A stretch of DNA of 62,697 nucleotides, the filler included, from Mycoplasmatota bacterium (lineage in GTDB: Bacteria > Bacillota_I > Bacilli_A > RF39 > UBA660): assembly GCA_012727915.1 (NCBI GenBank). It is 4 parts of 4 records of this genome, joined end to end, with 100 filler letters (N's around TTAATTAATTAA, not from the genome) between each part and the next. Parts side by side here need not be neighbours in the genome. Positions count along the whole stretch, not along the records: positions 22,081 to 41,396 come from JAAYGD010000043.1; positions 41,497 to 60,559 come from JAAYGD010000044.1; 2 more parts are not named here. One strand, written 5' to 3'. Position numbers and translations under genes: made by a program. Numbering within the stretch: the first letter of the stretch is position 1; every line of letters starts with the position of its first letter. Below are positions 31,837-42,160 of this stretch, one piece after another. The notes beneath the pieces were generated by a model that saw nothing but the letters and a program-made list of their open reading frames with translations, was not told where the DNA came from and did not search any database.

Positions 31837-33987
31837 ATGGAAAACAGACTTTATGTAGAAAACAAGGATAATTTTTGGAGAGACTTATTGGTAAGAATAG
31901 CATTAATATTGTTATTTATATTTTTACTTATATGGTTATTTCCTATGCCTAAATTAGAAACATTTTATGATAGGATTTTTGCGGACAACTTAAAAATGAT
32001 GCAAGATGCCGCTAAAGATTATTTTACAGTTGAAAGATTGCCTATAGAAATAGGAGATAAGAAAAAATTATCTTTAAGAGATATGATCGACAAAAAAATG
32101 ATATTACCTTTCTTAGATAGAGATGGTAATACATGTGATTTTGATAATTCTTATGTAGAAGTTATTAAAATGGAAACTGATTATGTATTTAAAGTTAATT
32201 TATCTTGTCCAACTAAAACTGATTATATTATAGATTATTTTGGATGCTATGATGTATGTGAAGATGATAGTTGTGAAAAAGATGAAGAGGATTCGTTAGT
32301 ATTAGAATATCAATTTTATAGAAGTGGAAGTAAAAAAGTTATAGATTATTATACTTGCCCAAGTGGATACGATATTAAAGGAAGTTCTTGTGTTAAAGAA
32401 AGCAATATATTGGAAAAAATAACAGCAAAATTAAATTGCAATACAGGATTTGCTTATAATAGTAATACTGATTCTTGTGAGAAATCAGTTACAACTTCAA
32501 CAGATCCTGATAAAACATGTCCAACTGGTTATGTATATAATGAAAATTCAAATACATGTTTAAAATATGTTGTTAGAGAAGAAGAACCTAGTAAGATTTG
32601 TTCTCAAGGTACATATAATCCATCAACAGGAAAATGTGTTGTAGGTAACACTACTACATATAATGCAACATTAGTATGTGATAGTGGAACATATAATTCA
32701 TCAACAGGAAAATGTGTAATAACAACACCGTCAAGTTATGATGCTACACCAAAATGTACTACTGGTACTTATGATGTATCTACTAAAAAATGCGCAATAA
32801 CAACACCATCAAGCTATACAGCAACACCATATTGTTCAGTAGGAACATATAATGCATCAACAAACAGATGCGATGTGGTTTCTCCTTCTAACTATCCAGC
32901 AGTTTATGCTTGTAAAACAGGAACTAATAATGGAACTTCTTGTACAATAACAGCTGCAACTACAGTAGCGGCACTTACTAAAAATGTATCAAGTTCATAT
33001 GTGGATACAAAAAACGGAATAGAAACAAAAAAATGGTCTTGTCAAGTATATGAATATGATTATTTAAGATCAAATGTATCAAATTCAACATTTACAAGAA
33101 CTTATATTGGAAAAGAATCAAGATATACATGTGCTTTACCAACATGTTTAACAACATTCTATAAATATGATGAATGTACAGCAGTTATAACTGGTTCTTG
33201 TGCTGATCGAACTTATACATATAATAGAACAACAGGAAAATGTACTAAGACTATAACTACTTATTCAACAGAATATTATTGTGCTAATGGTGCAACTCCT
33301 ACTAATGGAAGATGTCCAGTAGCAGCAGTTACAACTCCTAAGGTACCTACTTGTCCAAATGGAGGAAATTTATTAAATGATACATGTTATACATCAAACA
33401 CAACATATTTAATTCCATCATATAGTTGTCCAAATGGAGGAACAATATCAGGAACAAAGTGTAATGTATCAACAACAACTTATGTAACACCATCATATAG
33501 TTGTCCAAATGGAGGAAAAATATCAGGAACAAAGTGTAATGTATCAACATCAACAACAATTAATCCAAGATATACTTGTCCAAATGGAGGAGATTTAGCG
33601 AATAAAACATGTTATGTTTCAAATTCATCAACTATAACACCTACGTTGGCATGTAACTTAGGAACATTGATTGGAAATGTATGTAAGATTACTACAATAG
33701 ACAATAAAGATTATTCTTATAATTGTTCTGTTGGATCATTAAACGGAAATAAATGTGTTACTAGTTTATTGTTAAAAGAAGATGTTAGTTATTCATGTGA
33801 TTATGGATATACAAGAACTGGAACAGAATGTATTAAAACTATAGGTTCTTCTTCAATAGTAAAAGGAACTCCAGTATATAAATCAATATCAAGTCAAGAA
33901 TATAAATGGAGTAGAGAAACATCTTTAATTGGATGGGAAAGAACCGGAAAGACTAGAGAAGTAAAAGTAGCTTATAACGAAAAGTAA
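31837..33987 (+). CDS. Membrane-anchored Cys-rich repeat surface protein
   Basis: N-terminal TM helix, about 43 Cys by my count, and about 16 C-x-x-G...C Thr/Ser-rich repeats. Confidence 0.85.
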   Translation: MENRLYVENKDNFWRDLLVRIALILLFIFLLIWLFPMPKLETFYDRIFADNLKMMQDAAKDYFTVERLPIEIGDKKKLSLRDMIDKKMILPFLDRDGNTCDFDNSYVEVIKMETDYVFKVNLSCPTKTDYIIDYFGCYDVCEDDSCEKDEEDSLVLEYQFYRSGSKKVIDYYTCPSGYDIKGSSCVKESNILEKITAKLNCNTGFAYNSNTDSCEKSVTTSTDPDKTCPTGYVYNENSNTCLKYVVREEEPSKICSQGTYNPSTGKCVVGNTTTYNATLVCDSGTYNSSTGKCVITTPSSYDATPKCTTGTYDVSTKKCAITTPSSYTATPYCSVGTYNASTNRCDVVSPSNYPAVYACKTGTNNGTSCTITAATTVAALTKNVSSSYVDTKNGIETKKWSCQVYEYDYLRSNVSNSTFTRTYIGKESRYTCALPTCLTTFYKYDECTAVITGSCADRTYTYNRTTGKCTKTITTYSTEYYCANGATPTNGRCPVAAVTTPKVPTCPNGGNLLNDTCYTSNTTYLIPSYSCPNGGTISGTKCNVSTTTYVTPSYSCPNGGKISGTKCNVSTSTTINPRYTCPNGGDLANKTCYVSNSSTITPTLACNLGTLIGNVCKITTIDNKDYSYNCSVGSLNGNKCVTSLLLKEDVSYSCDYGYTRTGTECIKTIGSSSIVKGTPVYKSISSQEYKWSRETSLIGWERTGKTREVKVAYNEK
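33415..33564 (+). repeat. Near-identical 75-nt tandem coding repeat (PSYSCPNGGxISGTKCNVST)
   Basis: CCATCATATAGTTGTCCAAATGGAGGA starts at 33415 and 33490; more diverged copies flank them. Confidence 0.92.
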
Positions 33988-34010
33988 TTATTTGTGATAT
34001 AAAAAGGGGT

Positions 34011-34048
34011 AAAAGAACACAGAAATGTGTTCTTTTTTGTGCTATAAT
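34011..34048 (+). terminator. Terminator abutting the extended -10 promoter of priA
   Basis: AAAAGAACACA-gaaa-TGTGTTCTTTT followed by TGCTATAAT. Confidence 0.8.
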
Positions 34049-34065
34049 TTTAATAGGAGGTAATT

Positions 34066-36201
34066 ATGTATGCAGATGTTATTATGGAAATAAATGTATT
34101 TAAAAATAAGACTTTTACATATAAAATTCCTTCTAATATAAAAGTGGAAATAGGTAGTAGAGTACATATACCTTTTGGAAGCAAAAAAGTAAATGGTATA
34201 GTTTTAAATATAAAAGATGATTATAAAGATAATATTCAATTAAAAGAGATTATTAGTTTAATAGATGATAAGCCAATATTAAATAAAGAACAAATATATT
34301 TAATAAAATTTCTTAGAGATAATTATTTATGTACATATTTAGATGCATACAAAGTAATGATGCCAACTCAATTAAAATTGAGTAAAAACATTAATAATAT
34401 TAAGACAGAAAAAAAATATTATATAAAAAATATAAAAGAAGTAAATACAAAAGCTGAGCAAAATATATTAAATTTATTTAAAGATAAAGACTATTTAAAA
34501 CCAAGTGAAATTTCAAATAAAAAAGCATTAAAAATTTTGCTAGAAAAAGATATATTATTTATAAAAGAAGAAGAGAAATATAGATTAAATAATAATTTTG
34601 AAATAATTGAAAAAATTAAGTTGACTAAAGAACAACAAAAAATATATGAAGAAATAAATTATAGTAAAGATAGTATATTTTTATTAAGAGGAGTAACTGG
34701 ATCAGGTAAAACTGAAATATATATGGATTTAATTGAAGATGTATTAAAAGAAAATAAGGAAGTAATAGTGTTAGTACCAGAAATTTCTATAACTACTCAA
34801 TTAGTAAGTAGATTTAAAGGAAGATTTCAAGATAAAGTTGCTTTATTTCATAGTGGACTTTCAGCAGGCGAAAGATATGATGAGTGGAGAAAGATAAAAA
34901 GGAAAGAAGTAAGTATTGTAGTGGGTGCAAGAAGCGCAATATTTAGTCCTTTTACCAATATAGGTTTAATAATAATGGATGAAGAAAACGATGAATCGTA
35001 TAAGCAAGAAAATAATCCGAGATATAATACAATTGATGTAGCAATTGAAAGAATTAAGTATAATAATGCTAAGCTTCTTTTAGGAAGTGCAACTCCATCT
35101 TTAGAAAGTTATGCAAGAGCTAAAGTTAATAGATATCACTTATTAGAATTAGAAACAAGAGTAAATAATAAAAAATTACCTAAAGTAGAAATTATAGATA
35201 TGAAAACTGAAATGAAAAAAGGTAATAGTATTATATCAAGTGTATCTAAAAATTATATATTAGATAGATTAAACAAAAAAGAACAAATAATGATTTTAAT
35301 TAATAGAAGAGGGTATTCTAATTATGTTATTTGTAGTGAATGTGGAGAAGTTATTAAATGTCCTAATTGTGATATATCTTTAACTTATCATAAAAATAAT
35401 AACAGTTTAAAATGCCATTATTGTAATTTTCAAATAAATATGCCTAATAATTGTAAGAAGTGTAATTCTAAATATTTAAGTTTAAAAGGAAAAGGGACTG
35501 AAAAAATAGAAGAAGTGTTACATAGTATTTTTAAAGATATTAGAGTAATTAGAATGGATAGTGATACAACTTCCAAAAAATCTTCTCATGAAAAAATTAT
35601 TAAAGATTTTAATGATTATAAATATGATGTTTTACTAGGAACGCAAATGATAGCAAAAGGATTAGACTTTGCCAATGTTACTTTAGTAGTAGTTATAGAT
35701 GCCGATTCTTCTTTATACATATCTGATTATCGAAGTAGTGAAAGAACTTTTTCTCTTCTTACTCAAGTATCAGGAAGAGCTGGTAGGCATGATAAAGAGG
35801 GGAACATTGTAATTCAAACATTTAATCCAAATCACTATGCAATAAAACTAGTTGAAAATCATGATTATGTAAATTTTTATAACAATGAAATAACAATTAG
35901 AAAGCGTTTATATTATCCACCTTTTTGTTTTATTGTTGCAATTAGAATATTATCTAATGATTTTGAAAAAGGTTCTAGAGAAATAAATAAAATTAATAAT
36001 ATATTGAAATCAAAATTAGATGAAAAAAACAAAATACTTGGACCTACAATTTTTCCTAAGATTAATAATATATATGGTTTTCAAACTATAATAAAATATA
36101 AAAATAAAGAACCCATTATGAAAGTATTAGAAGAAATAGATCTTCACTATATAAATTCAGAAGTAAAATTGGAAATTGATTTTAATCCTAATAGATTGTA
36201 G
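34066..36201 (+). CDS. priA: Primosomal protein N' (helicase)
   Basis: GVTGSGKTE, VPEI, GARSA, DEE, four CxxC pairs, GTQMIAKG.DF, QV.GRAGR. Confidence 0.98.
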   Translation: MYADVIMEINVFKNKTFTYKIPSNIKVEIGSRVHIPFGSKKVNGIVLNIKDDYKDNIQLKEIISLIDDKPILNKEQIYLIKFLRDNYLCTYLDAYKVMMPTQLKLSKNINNIKTEKKYYIKNIKEVNTKAEQNILNLFKDKDYLKPSEISNKKALKILLEKDILFIKEEEKYRLNNNFEIIEKIKLTKEQQKIYEEINYSKDSIFLLRGVTGSGKTEIYMDLIEDVLKENKEVIVLVPEISITTQLVSRFKGRFQDKVALFHSGLSAGERYDEWRKIKRKEVSIVVGARSAIFSPFTNIGLIIMDEENDESYKQENNPRYNTIDVAIERIKYNNAKLLLGSATPSLESYARAKVNRYHLLELETRVNNKKLPKVEIIDMKTEMKKGNSIISSVSKNYILDRLNKKEQIMILINRRGYSNYVICSECGEVIKCPNCDISLTYHKNNNSLKCHYCNFQINMPNNCKKCNSKYLSLKGKGTEKIEEVLHSIFKDIRVIRMDSDTTSKKSSHEKIIKDFNDYKYDVLLGTQMIAKGLDFANVTLVVVIDADSSLYISDYRSSERTFSLLTQVSGRAGRHDKEGNIVIQTFNPNHYAIKLVENHDYVNFYNNEITIRKRLYYPPFCFIVAIRILSNDFEKGSREINKINNILKSKLDEKNKILGPTIFPKINNIYGFQTIIKYKNKEPIMKVLEEIDLHYINSEVKLEIDFNPNRL

Positions 36202-36242
36202 AAATATATTTACAATCTTTTTTATGGATTAATATTTTTATA

Positions 36243-36256
36243 CGAGCATAAGTTCG
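36243..36256. promoter_or_regulatory. Possible LexA (Cheo) box, one mismatch
   Basis: CGAGCATAAGTTCG versus consensus CGAAC-N4-GTTCG. Confidence 0.4.
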
Positions 36257-36272
36257 AGTAGGGGGAGGGTTT

Positions 36273-36485
36273 ATGTCTGAAGGTTTTAAAATATTTAAGA
36301 GAAGAAGCGGGAAGTTTGGGCAGAATGTATATTGCTGACTTATTAACTAAAATGAAAAGTTCTTTAAATTCTACTCTTGAAGAACCATTAAAAAAATTGG
36401 AGAATTTACTTTTAGTCAAATATTCGAAGAGGAAAATGCTATAGAGGAAGAAAACCCTAATATAAGAAAGAAAAAAGTAGACTAA
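36273..36485 (+). pseudogene. Degraded small gene with two compensating frameshifts
   Basis: GGGGGAGGG RBS and ATG. Protein-like segments join only via shifts in A-runs. Confidence 0.35.
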
Positions 36486-36507
36486 TAGTTGATTTTATAA
36501 TTAACTA

Positions 36508-36516
36508 TGTTATAAT
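36508..36516 (+). promoter_or_regulatory. Extended -10 promoter of rpsB
   Basis: TGTTATAAT, with TTGATT at 36489. Confidence 0.7.
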
Positions 36517-36532
36517 ATTTGTGGTTAAAAAA

Positions 36533-36603
36533 ACACATGAATATGGATTGGTATGCCTAGTGCTGATTAATCAGTGGTGTATCAAGAAGAAGTGTTCAGA
36601 GGA
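36533..36603 (+). ncRNA. rpsB leader (t44/S2-binding autoregulatory RNA)
   Basis: ACACATGAATA...TGTTCAGAGG closing stem, a variant of the CACAC...GGAGG leader, with internal GGT(G)/GTGC hairpins. Confidence 0.7.
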
Positions 36604-36627
36604 AAAAACGAAAGGAGAGATTTTTTT

Positions 36628-37596
36628 ATGCCAGTAGTTTCAATGAATTATTTACTAGAAGCAGGAGTTCATTTTGGTCATCAAACCAAAAGATGGAATC
36701 CTAAAATGAAGGAGTATATTTATACTTCAAGAGAGGATATCTACATAATAGACTTACAAAAAACTTCACAAAAGATAGAAGAAGCCTATTTTGTTTTAAA
36801 AGCCATTGCAGAAAATGGTGGAAAAGTATTGTTTGTAGGTACTAAAAAACAAGCACAAGAAGCTGTTAAAGAAGAAGCAGAAAGAACACAAATGTATTAT
36901 GTTAATGAAAGATGGTTAGGTGGAACATTAACAAATTTTAGGACTATAAGAAAGAGAGTTACTAGATTAGATGAAATTGAAAAAATGGAAACTGATGGTA
37001 CTTTTGAAGCTTTACCTAAAAAAGAAGTAATTAAAATTAAAAAAGAATATGATAAATTAGATAGATATTTATGTGGTATTAGGGAAATGAAGAAATTGCC
37101 TGAAGCACTAATAATAGTTGACCCAAGTAAAGAATTAAGCGCAATTAAAGAAGCAAGAAAATTAAATATACCAGTATTTGGAATAGTAGATACAAATTGT
37201 GATCCTGATTTAGTAGATTATGTAATACCTGCTAATGATGATGCTATTAGATCCGTTAAATTAATAATGGGTGTTTTAAATAATGCTGTAGCAGAAGCTT
37301 TAGGTGCAGAGATTATTGATTTTGTTTCTGATGAAGAAAAGGTAAGTAAGATTAAAGAAGAAGTAATACAAAAAAATGAAAAAGAAATAAAAATTGAAGT
37401 TGAAGAAAATATGATATCTGAGAAACCTTTAGTTAGTAAACATATGATAGTTGAGAAAAAAGAAGAACCTAAAGAAGTTAAAAAATCAAATTTAAAAGAT
37501 ATGACTGTAGTTGAATTGAAGAATTTAGCAAAAGAAAAAGGCGTTGAAGGTTATTCTAAAATGAAGAAAGATGAATTATTAAAGAAGTTAAAATAA
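36628..37596 (+). CDS. rpsB: 30S ribosomal protein S2 with C-terminal Rho_N-like domain
   Basis: [41 protein letters not shown] 36628 follows AAGGAG. Confidence 0.99.
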   Translation: MPVVSMNYLLEAGVHFGHQTKRWNPKMKEYIYTSREDIYIIDLQKTSQKIEEAYFVLKAIAENGGKVLFVGTKKQAQEAVKEEAERTQMYYVNERWLGGTLTNFRTIRKRVTRLDEIEKMETDGTFEALPKKEVIKIKKEYDKLDRYLCGIREMKKLPEALIIVDPSKELSAIKEARKLNIPVFGIVDTNCDPDLVDYVIPANDDAIRSVKLIMGVLNNAVAEALGAEIIDFVSDEEKVSKIKEEVIQKNEKEIKIEVEENMISEKPLVSKHMIVEKKEEPKEVKKSNLKDMTVVELKNLAKEKGVEGYSKMKKDELLKKLK

Positions 37597-37605
37597 GGAG
37601 GCATA

Positions 37606-38478
37606 ATGATAACAGCAAATTTAGTTAAAGAATTAAGAGAAAAAACAGGTGCTGGTATGTTAGATTGTAAAAAAGCATTAGAAGCAACCAGTGGTAATAT
37701 TGAAGAGGCAACTGATTGGTTAAGAGAAAAAGGAATTTCTACTGCTGCAAAAAAAGAAGGAAGAATAGCAGCTGAAGGATTAGTACATATAGTATATAAT
37801 GATAAAAAAGCATCAATTGTAGAATTGAATTCGGAAACAGATTTTGTAGCAAGTAATGAAGAATTTATTGATTTGGTTAAACGAACAGCAAATTTAGTAT
37901 TAGATAATGATATTAAAACTGTAGATGAGGCTTTAACTCTAAAAATAGATGATGTTACATTGAATGATTTAATTATTAGTAAGATTGCTAAAATAGGTGA
38001 AAAACTTAGTTTTAGAAGGTTTGAAAGTATTGAATTAAATGACAATGAAGTATTTGGAATATATATTCATAATACAAAGAAGATAGCGGTTATCATAGTA
38101 TTAGAAGGCGCTAACGAAGAAGTTGCAAAAGATATTGCTATGCATGCAGCAGCTATGAGACCAAAACATATAAGAAAAGAAGATGTTTCGGTTGAAGAAA
38201 TAGAAAAAGAAAGAGAAATTCAAAAACAATTAGCAATTAATGAAGGAAAACCTGCTGATATAGCAGAAAAAATGGTTGAAGGAAGAATTAATAAACATTT
38301 TAAAGAAATATGTTTAGAAGGACAAGAATTCATTAAAAATAATGACTTAACAGTTTTAGAATATGTAAAAAATAATAATGGAATAATAAAGAAAATGGTA
38401 CGTTATGAAGTGGGCGAAGGCATGGAAAAAAGATGCGATAACTTTGCTGAAGAAGTAATGAATCAAATAAAAAGATAA
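37606..38478 (+). CDS. tsf: Elongation factor Ts
   Basis: VKELREKTGAGM.DCKKAL, ELNSETDFV, RYEVGEG. Confidence 0.99.
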   Translation: MITANLVKELREKTGAGMLDCKKALEATSGNIEEATDWLREKGISTAAKKEGRIAAEGLVHIVYNDKKASIVELNSETDFVASNEEFIDLVKRTANLVLDNDIKTVDEALTLKIDDVTLNDLIISKIAKIGEKLSFRRFESIELNDNEVFGIYIHNTKKIAVIIVLEGANEEVAKDIAMHAAAMRPKHIRKEDVSVEEIEKEREIQKQLAINEGKPADIAEKMVEGRINKHFKEICLEGQEFIKNNDLTVLEYVKNNNGIIKKMVRYEVGEGMEKRCDNFAEEVMNQIKR

Positions 38479-38500
38479 GCATTAGCTTATTTTTTTGTTT
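38475..38500 (+). terminator. Terminator after tsf
   Basis: ATAAGC-atta-GCTTAT followed by a T tract. Confidence 0.7.
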
Positions 38501-38506
38501 ACATAA

Positions 38507-38677
38507 ATAAATATTTATACAACTTCTAACGAATTCGAGAAAACTACTCCACTTGAAATTATAAATCATGGTTCTGATATATCTATGGAAACATATAATA
38601 AATTAAATACTCTTAAATTTACTTTTATTAAAGAGGGAGACAACTTAATATTTGAATCAGTAGAAAAAATTAACTAA
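38507..38677 (+). pseudogene. Orphan 3' gene remnant
   Basis: 56 sense codons (INIYTTSNEF...KFTFIKEGDNLIFESVEKIN*) with no 5' start or RBS, followed by its own terminator. Confidence 0.55.
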
Positions 38678-38701
38678 GACAAGAAAAATTCTTGTCTTTT
38701 A
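38676..38701 (+). terminator. Terminator
   Basis: AAGACAAGAA-aaa-TTCTTGTCTTTT. Confidence 0.8.
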
Positions 38702-38746
38702 TTTTTCTAATCGTTCTTTTATGGTACAATGTATTTAGGTGAATAT

Positions 38747-41236
38747 ATGAAAAACATAATAGAAAAAATATATGAATATAGTTTAGAAGATATGATGGGG
38801 AAAAGTTTTGGTAGATATGCTAAGTCTATTATTCAAGATAGGGCTATTCCTGATGTTAGGGATGGTTTGAAACCTGTTCAAAGAAGAATATTATATTCTA
38901 TGTATAAAGATAAATATACTTATGATAAGCCATATAGAAAATCTGCTAGAGCTGTCGGAGATATTATGGGAAAATATCATCCCCATGGAGATTCATCTAT
39001 ATATGATGCTATGGTTAGAATGAGTCAATATTGGAAGATGAATACTCCATTTATCGATATGCAAGGTAATAATGGTTCTATTGATGGAGATTCTGCTGCT
39101 GCTATGCGTTATACTGAAGCAAGATTATCAAAGATAAGTGAAGAGTTATTAAAGGATATTGAAAAGAATACTGTAATAATGGCTTTAAATTATGATGATT
39201 CATTGGAAGAACCCACTGTACTTCCAGCAAGATTTCCCAATTTATTGGTAAATGGATCTACCGGAATTAGTGCTGGTTATGCTACTAATATTCCTCCTCA
39301 TAATTTAGGAGAAGTAATAGATGCTACTATTCATAGAATAGATCAACCAAATTGTAGATTAGATACAATAATGAATATAGTAAAAGGCCCTGATTTTCCA
39401 ACTGGAGGAATAGTAGAAGGAAAATCGGGATTAGAAGAAGCCTATAAGACTGGTAGAGGGAAAGTAATATTAAAATCTAAAGTATTATTTGAAAAAAATA
39501 AAGGAAAAAACTTATTAATAATTACGGAAATACCTTATGAAGTAAATAAATCTATATTAGTTAAACAAATTGATGAAATAAGAGTAGATAAAAAGATAGA
39601 TGGAATAATAGAAGTTAGAGATGAATCGGATAGAGATGGTTTAAGAATTGTTGTTGAATTAAAGAAAGAAAGTAATGATGAATTAATATTACATTATTTG
39701 TATAAAAATACTCAATTACAAGTATCTTATAATTTTAATGTTATTGCAATCGTAAATAGAAGACCAAAGCAATTAGGAATTTTGGACATTTTGGATGCAT
39801 ATATTAATCATCAAAAAGAAACAGTAACATTAAGATCAAAATTCGATTTAGAACACGCTAAAGAAAGATTTCATATAGTTGAAGGTTTTTTAAAAGCAAT
39901 GAGTATATTAGATGAAGTAATTAGAGTAATTAGGAAAAGTACAAATAAAATAGATGCTCAAGAAAATTTATCTAAGGAATTTGGTTTTTCTCCTATTCAA
40001 GCTGAAGCAATTGTAATGTTGCAATTATATAGATTAACTAATACAGATGTTGTAGCACTTGAAGAGGAATTAAAGAATTTAACAATTATTATAAATGGAT
40101 TAATAGGTATTTTAACTGATGAAACTAAATTATTTGAAGTAATTAAAAATGAATTAAGAAGAATTAAAAGAGAATATGGAAAAGATAGAAAAACAGAAGT
40201 AATAGAGGAATATAGTGAAATAAAAATTGATTCCACATTAATGATTCCAAAAGATGATGTAGTTGTAGTAGTAAGTAATGATGGATATGTAAAAAGAGTA
40301 TCAACAAAATCTTATGGAGCTTCTAAAGAAGAAGAAACAGCCCTTAAAGAAGGAGATTTTGTAACTGGATTATTTGAAATGAATACACAAAATACATTGT
40401 TATTATTTACAAATAAAGGAAATTATTTGTATTTACCTGTTCATGAAATACCAGATATTAGATGGAAAGATCTTGGAAAGCATATAAGCAATATTATTCA
40501 ACTTAAAGAAGGAGAAATAATAGTGGGTAGTATGCCTGTATACGATTTTAATAAAGATTTATTAGTAACTACATTTACTAAAATGGGAATGATAAAAAGA
40601 ACAAAATTATCTGAATATGAAGTTCAAAGATATTCTAAACCTATATCTAACATGAAAATTAAAACAAATGATGAAGTAATTGGAATATCTTATAATGTAG
40701 GAAATGAAATACTTGTTACTACTGATTTGGGTTATTCTTTAAGATTTAATGCTGATGAAGTATCAATAACAGGTATAAGAACAAGTGGAGTTAAAACTAT
40801 TAATTTAAAAAATGACAAAGTAATAAGTGGTATTGTTCCTTCTTTTGAATATATTACTATTTTAATGGATAAAGGAAACTGTAAGAGAGTAAAAATAGAT
40901 GAAATAGAAAAGATGTCTAGATCTAGAAGAGGAACATTAATTTTAAAACATGTTAAAAGTAAACCTCAAAAAGTCTTAAAAGTATTAGAAACTTCTTCAA
41001 AAGATATGATTGGAATAAAAATAAATAATGAAATTAAACTAATAAAAAATTCAGAAATTCCAATAATGGATTTACAAAGTATTGGATCTACTATATTAAA
41101 AAATAATATTAATAATGCTTTTGTAATATGCAATTTAAATAAAGAAGAAAAGAAAGAAGAAATAAAAGAAGTTTCTTTAAAAGAAATAGATGATAAAATA
41201 TTGACGATTGATACTTTCTTAAAAGAATTAGAATAG
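38747..41236 (+). CDS. parC: DNA topoisomerase IV subunit A
   Basis: [40 protein letters not shown]; no GyrA box seen. Confidence 0.93.
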   Translation: MKNIIEKIYEYSLEDMMGKSFGRYAKSIIQDRAIPDVRDGLKPVQRRILYSMYKDKYTYDKPYRKSARAVGDIMGKYHPHGDSSIYDAMVRMSQYWKMNTPFIDMQGNNGSIDGDSAAAMRYTEARLSKISEELLKDIEKNTVIMALNYDDSLEEPTVLPARFPNLLVNGSTGISAGYATNIPPHNLGEVIDATIHRIDQPNCRLDTIMNIVKGPDFPTGGIVEGKSGLEEAYKTGRGKVILKSKVLFEKNKGKNLLIITEIPYEVNKSILVKQIDEIRVDKKIDGIIEVRDESDRDGLRIVVELKKESNDELILHYLYKNTQLQVSYNFNVIAIVNRRPKQLGILDILDAYINHQKETVTLRSKFDLEHAKERFHIVEGFLKAMSILDEVIRVIRKSTNKIDAQENLSKEFGFSPIQAEAIVMLQLYRLTNTDVVALEEELKNLTIIINGLIGILTDETKLFEVIKNELRRIKREYGKDRKTEVIEEYSEIKIDSTLMIPKDDVVVVVSNDGYVKRVSTKSYGASKEEETALKEGDFVTGLFEMNTQNTLLLFTNKGNYLYLPVHEIPDIRWKDLGKHISNIIQLKEGEIIVGSMPVYDFNKDLLVTTFTKMGMIKRTKLSEYEVQRYSKPISNMKIKTNDEVIGISYNVGNEILVTTDLGYSLRFNADEVSITGIRTSGVKTINLKNDKVISGIVPSFEYITILMDKGNCKRVKIDEIEKMSRSRRGTLILKHVKSKPQKVLKVLETSSKDMIGIKINNEIKLIKNSEIPIMDLQSIGSTILKNNINNAFVICNLNKEEKKEEIKEVSLKEIDDKILTIDTFLKELE

Positions 41237-41244
41237 GAGGTATA

Positions 41245-41396
41245 ATGAGAGCTATTATTACTGCAGGTGGTACAGGTGGGCATATTTATCCTGCTCTAGC
41301 AATATATGAAAAAATAATGGAAAAAGAACCTAAATCTAAAATTTTATATATTGGTACTACTGATAGAATGGAAAAAGATATTGTACCTAAAAGAAA
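41245..41396 (+). CDS. murG: MurG glycosyltransferase, 3' truncated by gap
   Basis: [14 protein letters not shown]...YIGT..RME..VP. Confidence 0.93.
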
Positions 41397-41496
41397 NNNN
41401 NNNNNNNNNNNNNNNNNNNNNNNNNNNNNNNNNNNNNNNNTTAATTAATTAANNNNNNNNNNNNNNNNNNNNNNNNNNNNNNNNNNNNNNNNNNNN
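41397..41496. other. Assembly gap with artificial linker
   Basis: N run containing TTAATTAATTAA at 41441-41452. Confidence 0.97.
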
Positions 41497-41497
41497 A

Positions 41498-41929
41498 GCT
41501 GAAGCAACAAGTTTAACTGAAACAGAATTACCTGCATGGAAAAAAGAAAATAATATTGAAAAAAGTACTGAAACTATAAACGAAATATTAGAATTAAAAG
41601 AAGTTACTCAAACAGAGGAAAAGGAAGAATCTAAAGAGGAAGAAACAAAAACTGAAGAACCAACTAAAAAAGGAACTATTAGTTATGATGAATGGGATGA
41701 TTGGGGAGATGCAGATAGTAGGTATAAAGAAGATTTGCTTGATAAATTTGGTAATCCTGATGTGACGCAAGCAAAAAGTGGAAAAGAAGTATGGGTGTAT
41801 TATGATTTGGCATATTATTCAAGTGGTAATACTTGTTCAGTAGTATATACTTTTTATTCAACAAACCAAACAGCAACTAGAAGATGTTTAAGTAGAGATA
41901 ATGTTAAAGTTGTTTTAGAAAATAATTAG
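41498..41929 (+). CDS. Hypothetical protein, 5' truncated by gap
   Basis: Frame is open from the contig start. Glu/Lys/Thr-rich linker, then LLDKFG.PD...EVWVY (SmpA/BLIP-like pattern). Confidence 0.65.
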   Translation, partial: AEATSLTETELPAWKKENNIEKSTETINEILELKEVTQTEEKEESKEEETKTEEPTKKGTISYDEWDDWGDADSRYKEDLLDKFGNPDVTQAKSGKEVWVYYDLAYYSSGNTCSVVYTFYSTNQTATRRCLSRDNVKVVLENN

Positions 41930-42021
41930 TAAATTTAAAAAATAGATTAACAATCTGTTTTTTTTATATATAAAAATACTTGTTTTTAATTTGTATATAA
42001 TGTAAAATAAAATAAGTCCAT

Positions 42022-42114
42022 GGAGTAGTACTCAAGAGGCTGAAGAGGCGTCCCTGCTAAGGACGTAGTTCGGGGTAACCTGATGCGAGGGTTCAAATCC
42101 CTCCTGCTCCGCCA
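42022..42114 (+). tRNA. tRNA-Ser(GCT)
   Basis: GGAGTAG/CTGCTCC acceptor stem, anticodon arm CGTCC-CTGCTAA-GGACG, long variable arm, GGTTCAAATCC, encoded CCA. Confidence 0.97.
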
Positions 42115-42123
42115 TAATAAAAT

Positions 42124-42146
42124 TAACTCTGAAAAGAGTTTTTTTA
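42124..42146 (+). terminator. Terminator after the tRNA
   Basis: AACTCT-gaaa-AGAGTT followed by a T tract. Confidence 0.75.
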
Positions 42147-42160
42147 TATAAAGGAGGTAT

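Noticed and set aside
32560..33620. Periodic repeats as a CRISPR array or DGR template/variable pair
   Set aside because: The repeats are in-frame coding units without unique spacers, and no cas or reverse transcriptase gene is in the window.
38496..38525. dif-like site (TTATGTAAAC arm on the minus strand, 8-nt spacer, TTATACAAC arm) near parC
   Set aside because: Only one arm matches well, the spacer is 8 rather than 6 nt, the region is very AT-rich, and gene orientation does not switch here. A genome-wide dif search and GC-skew plot would settle it.
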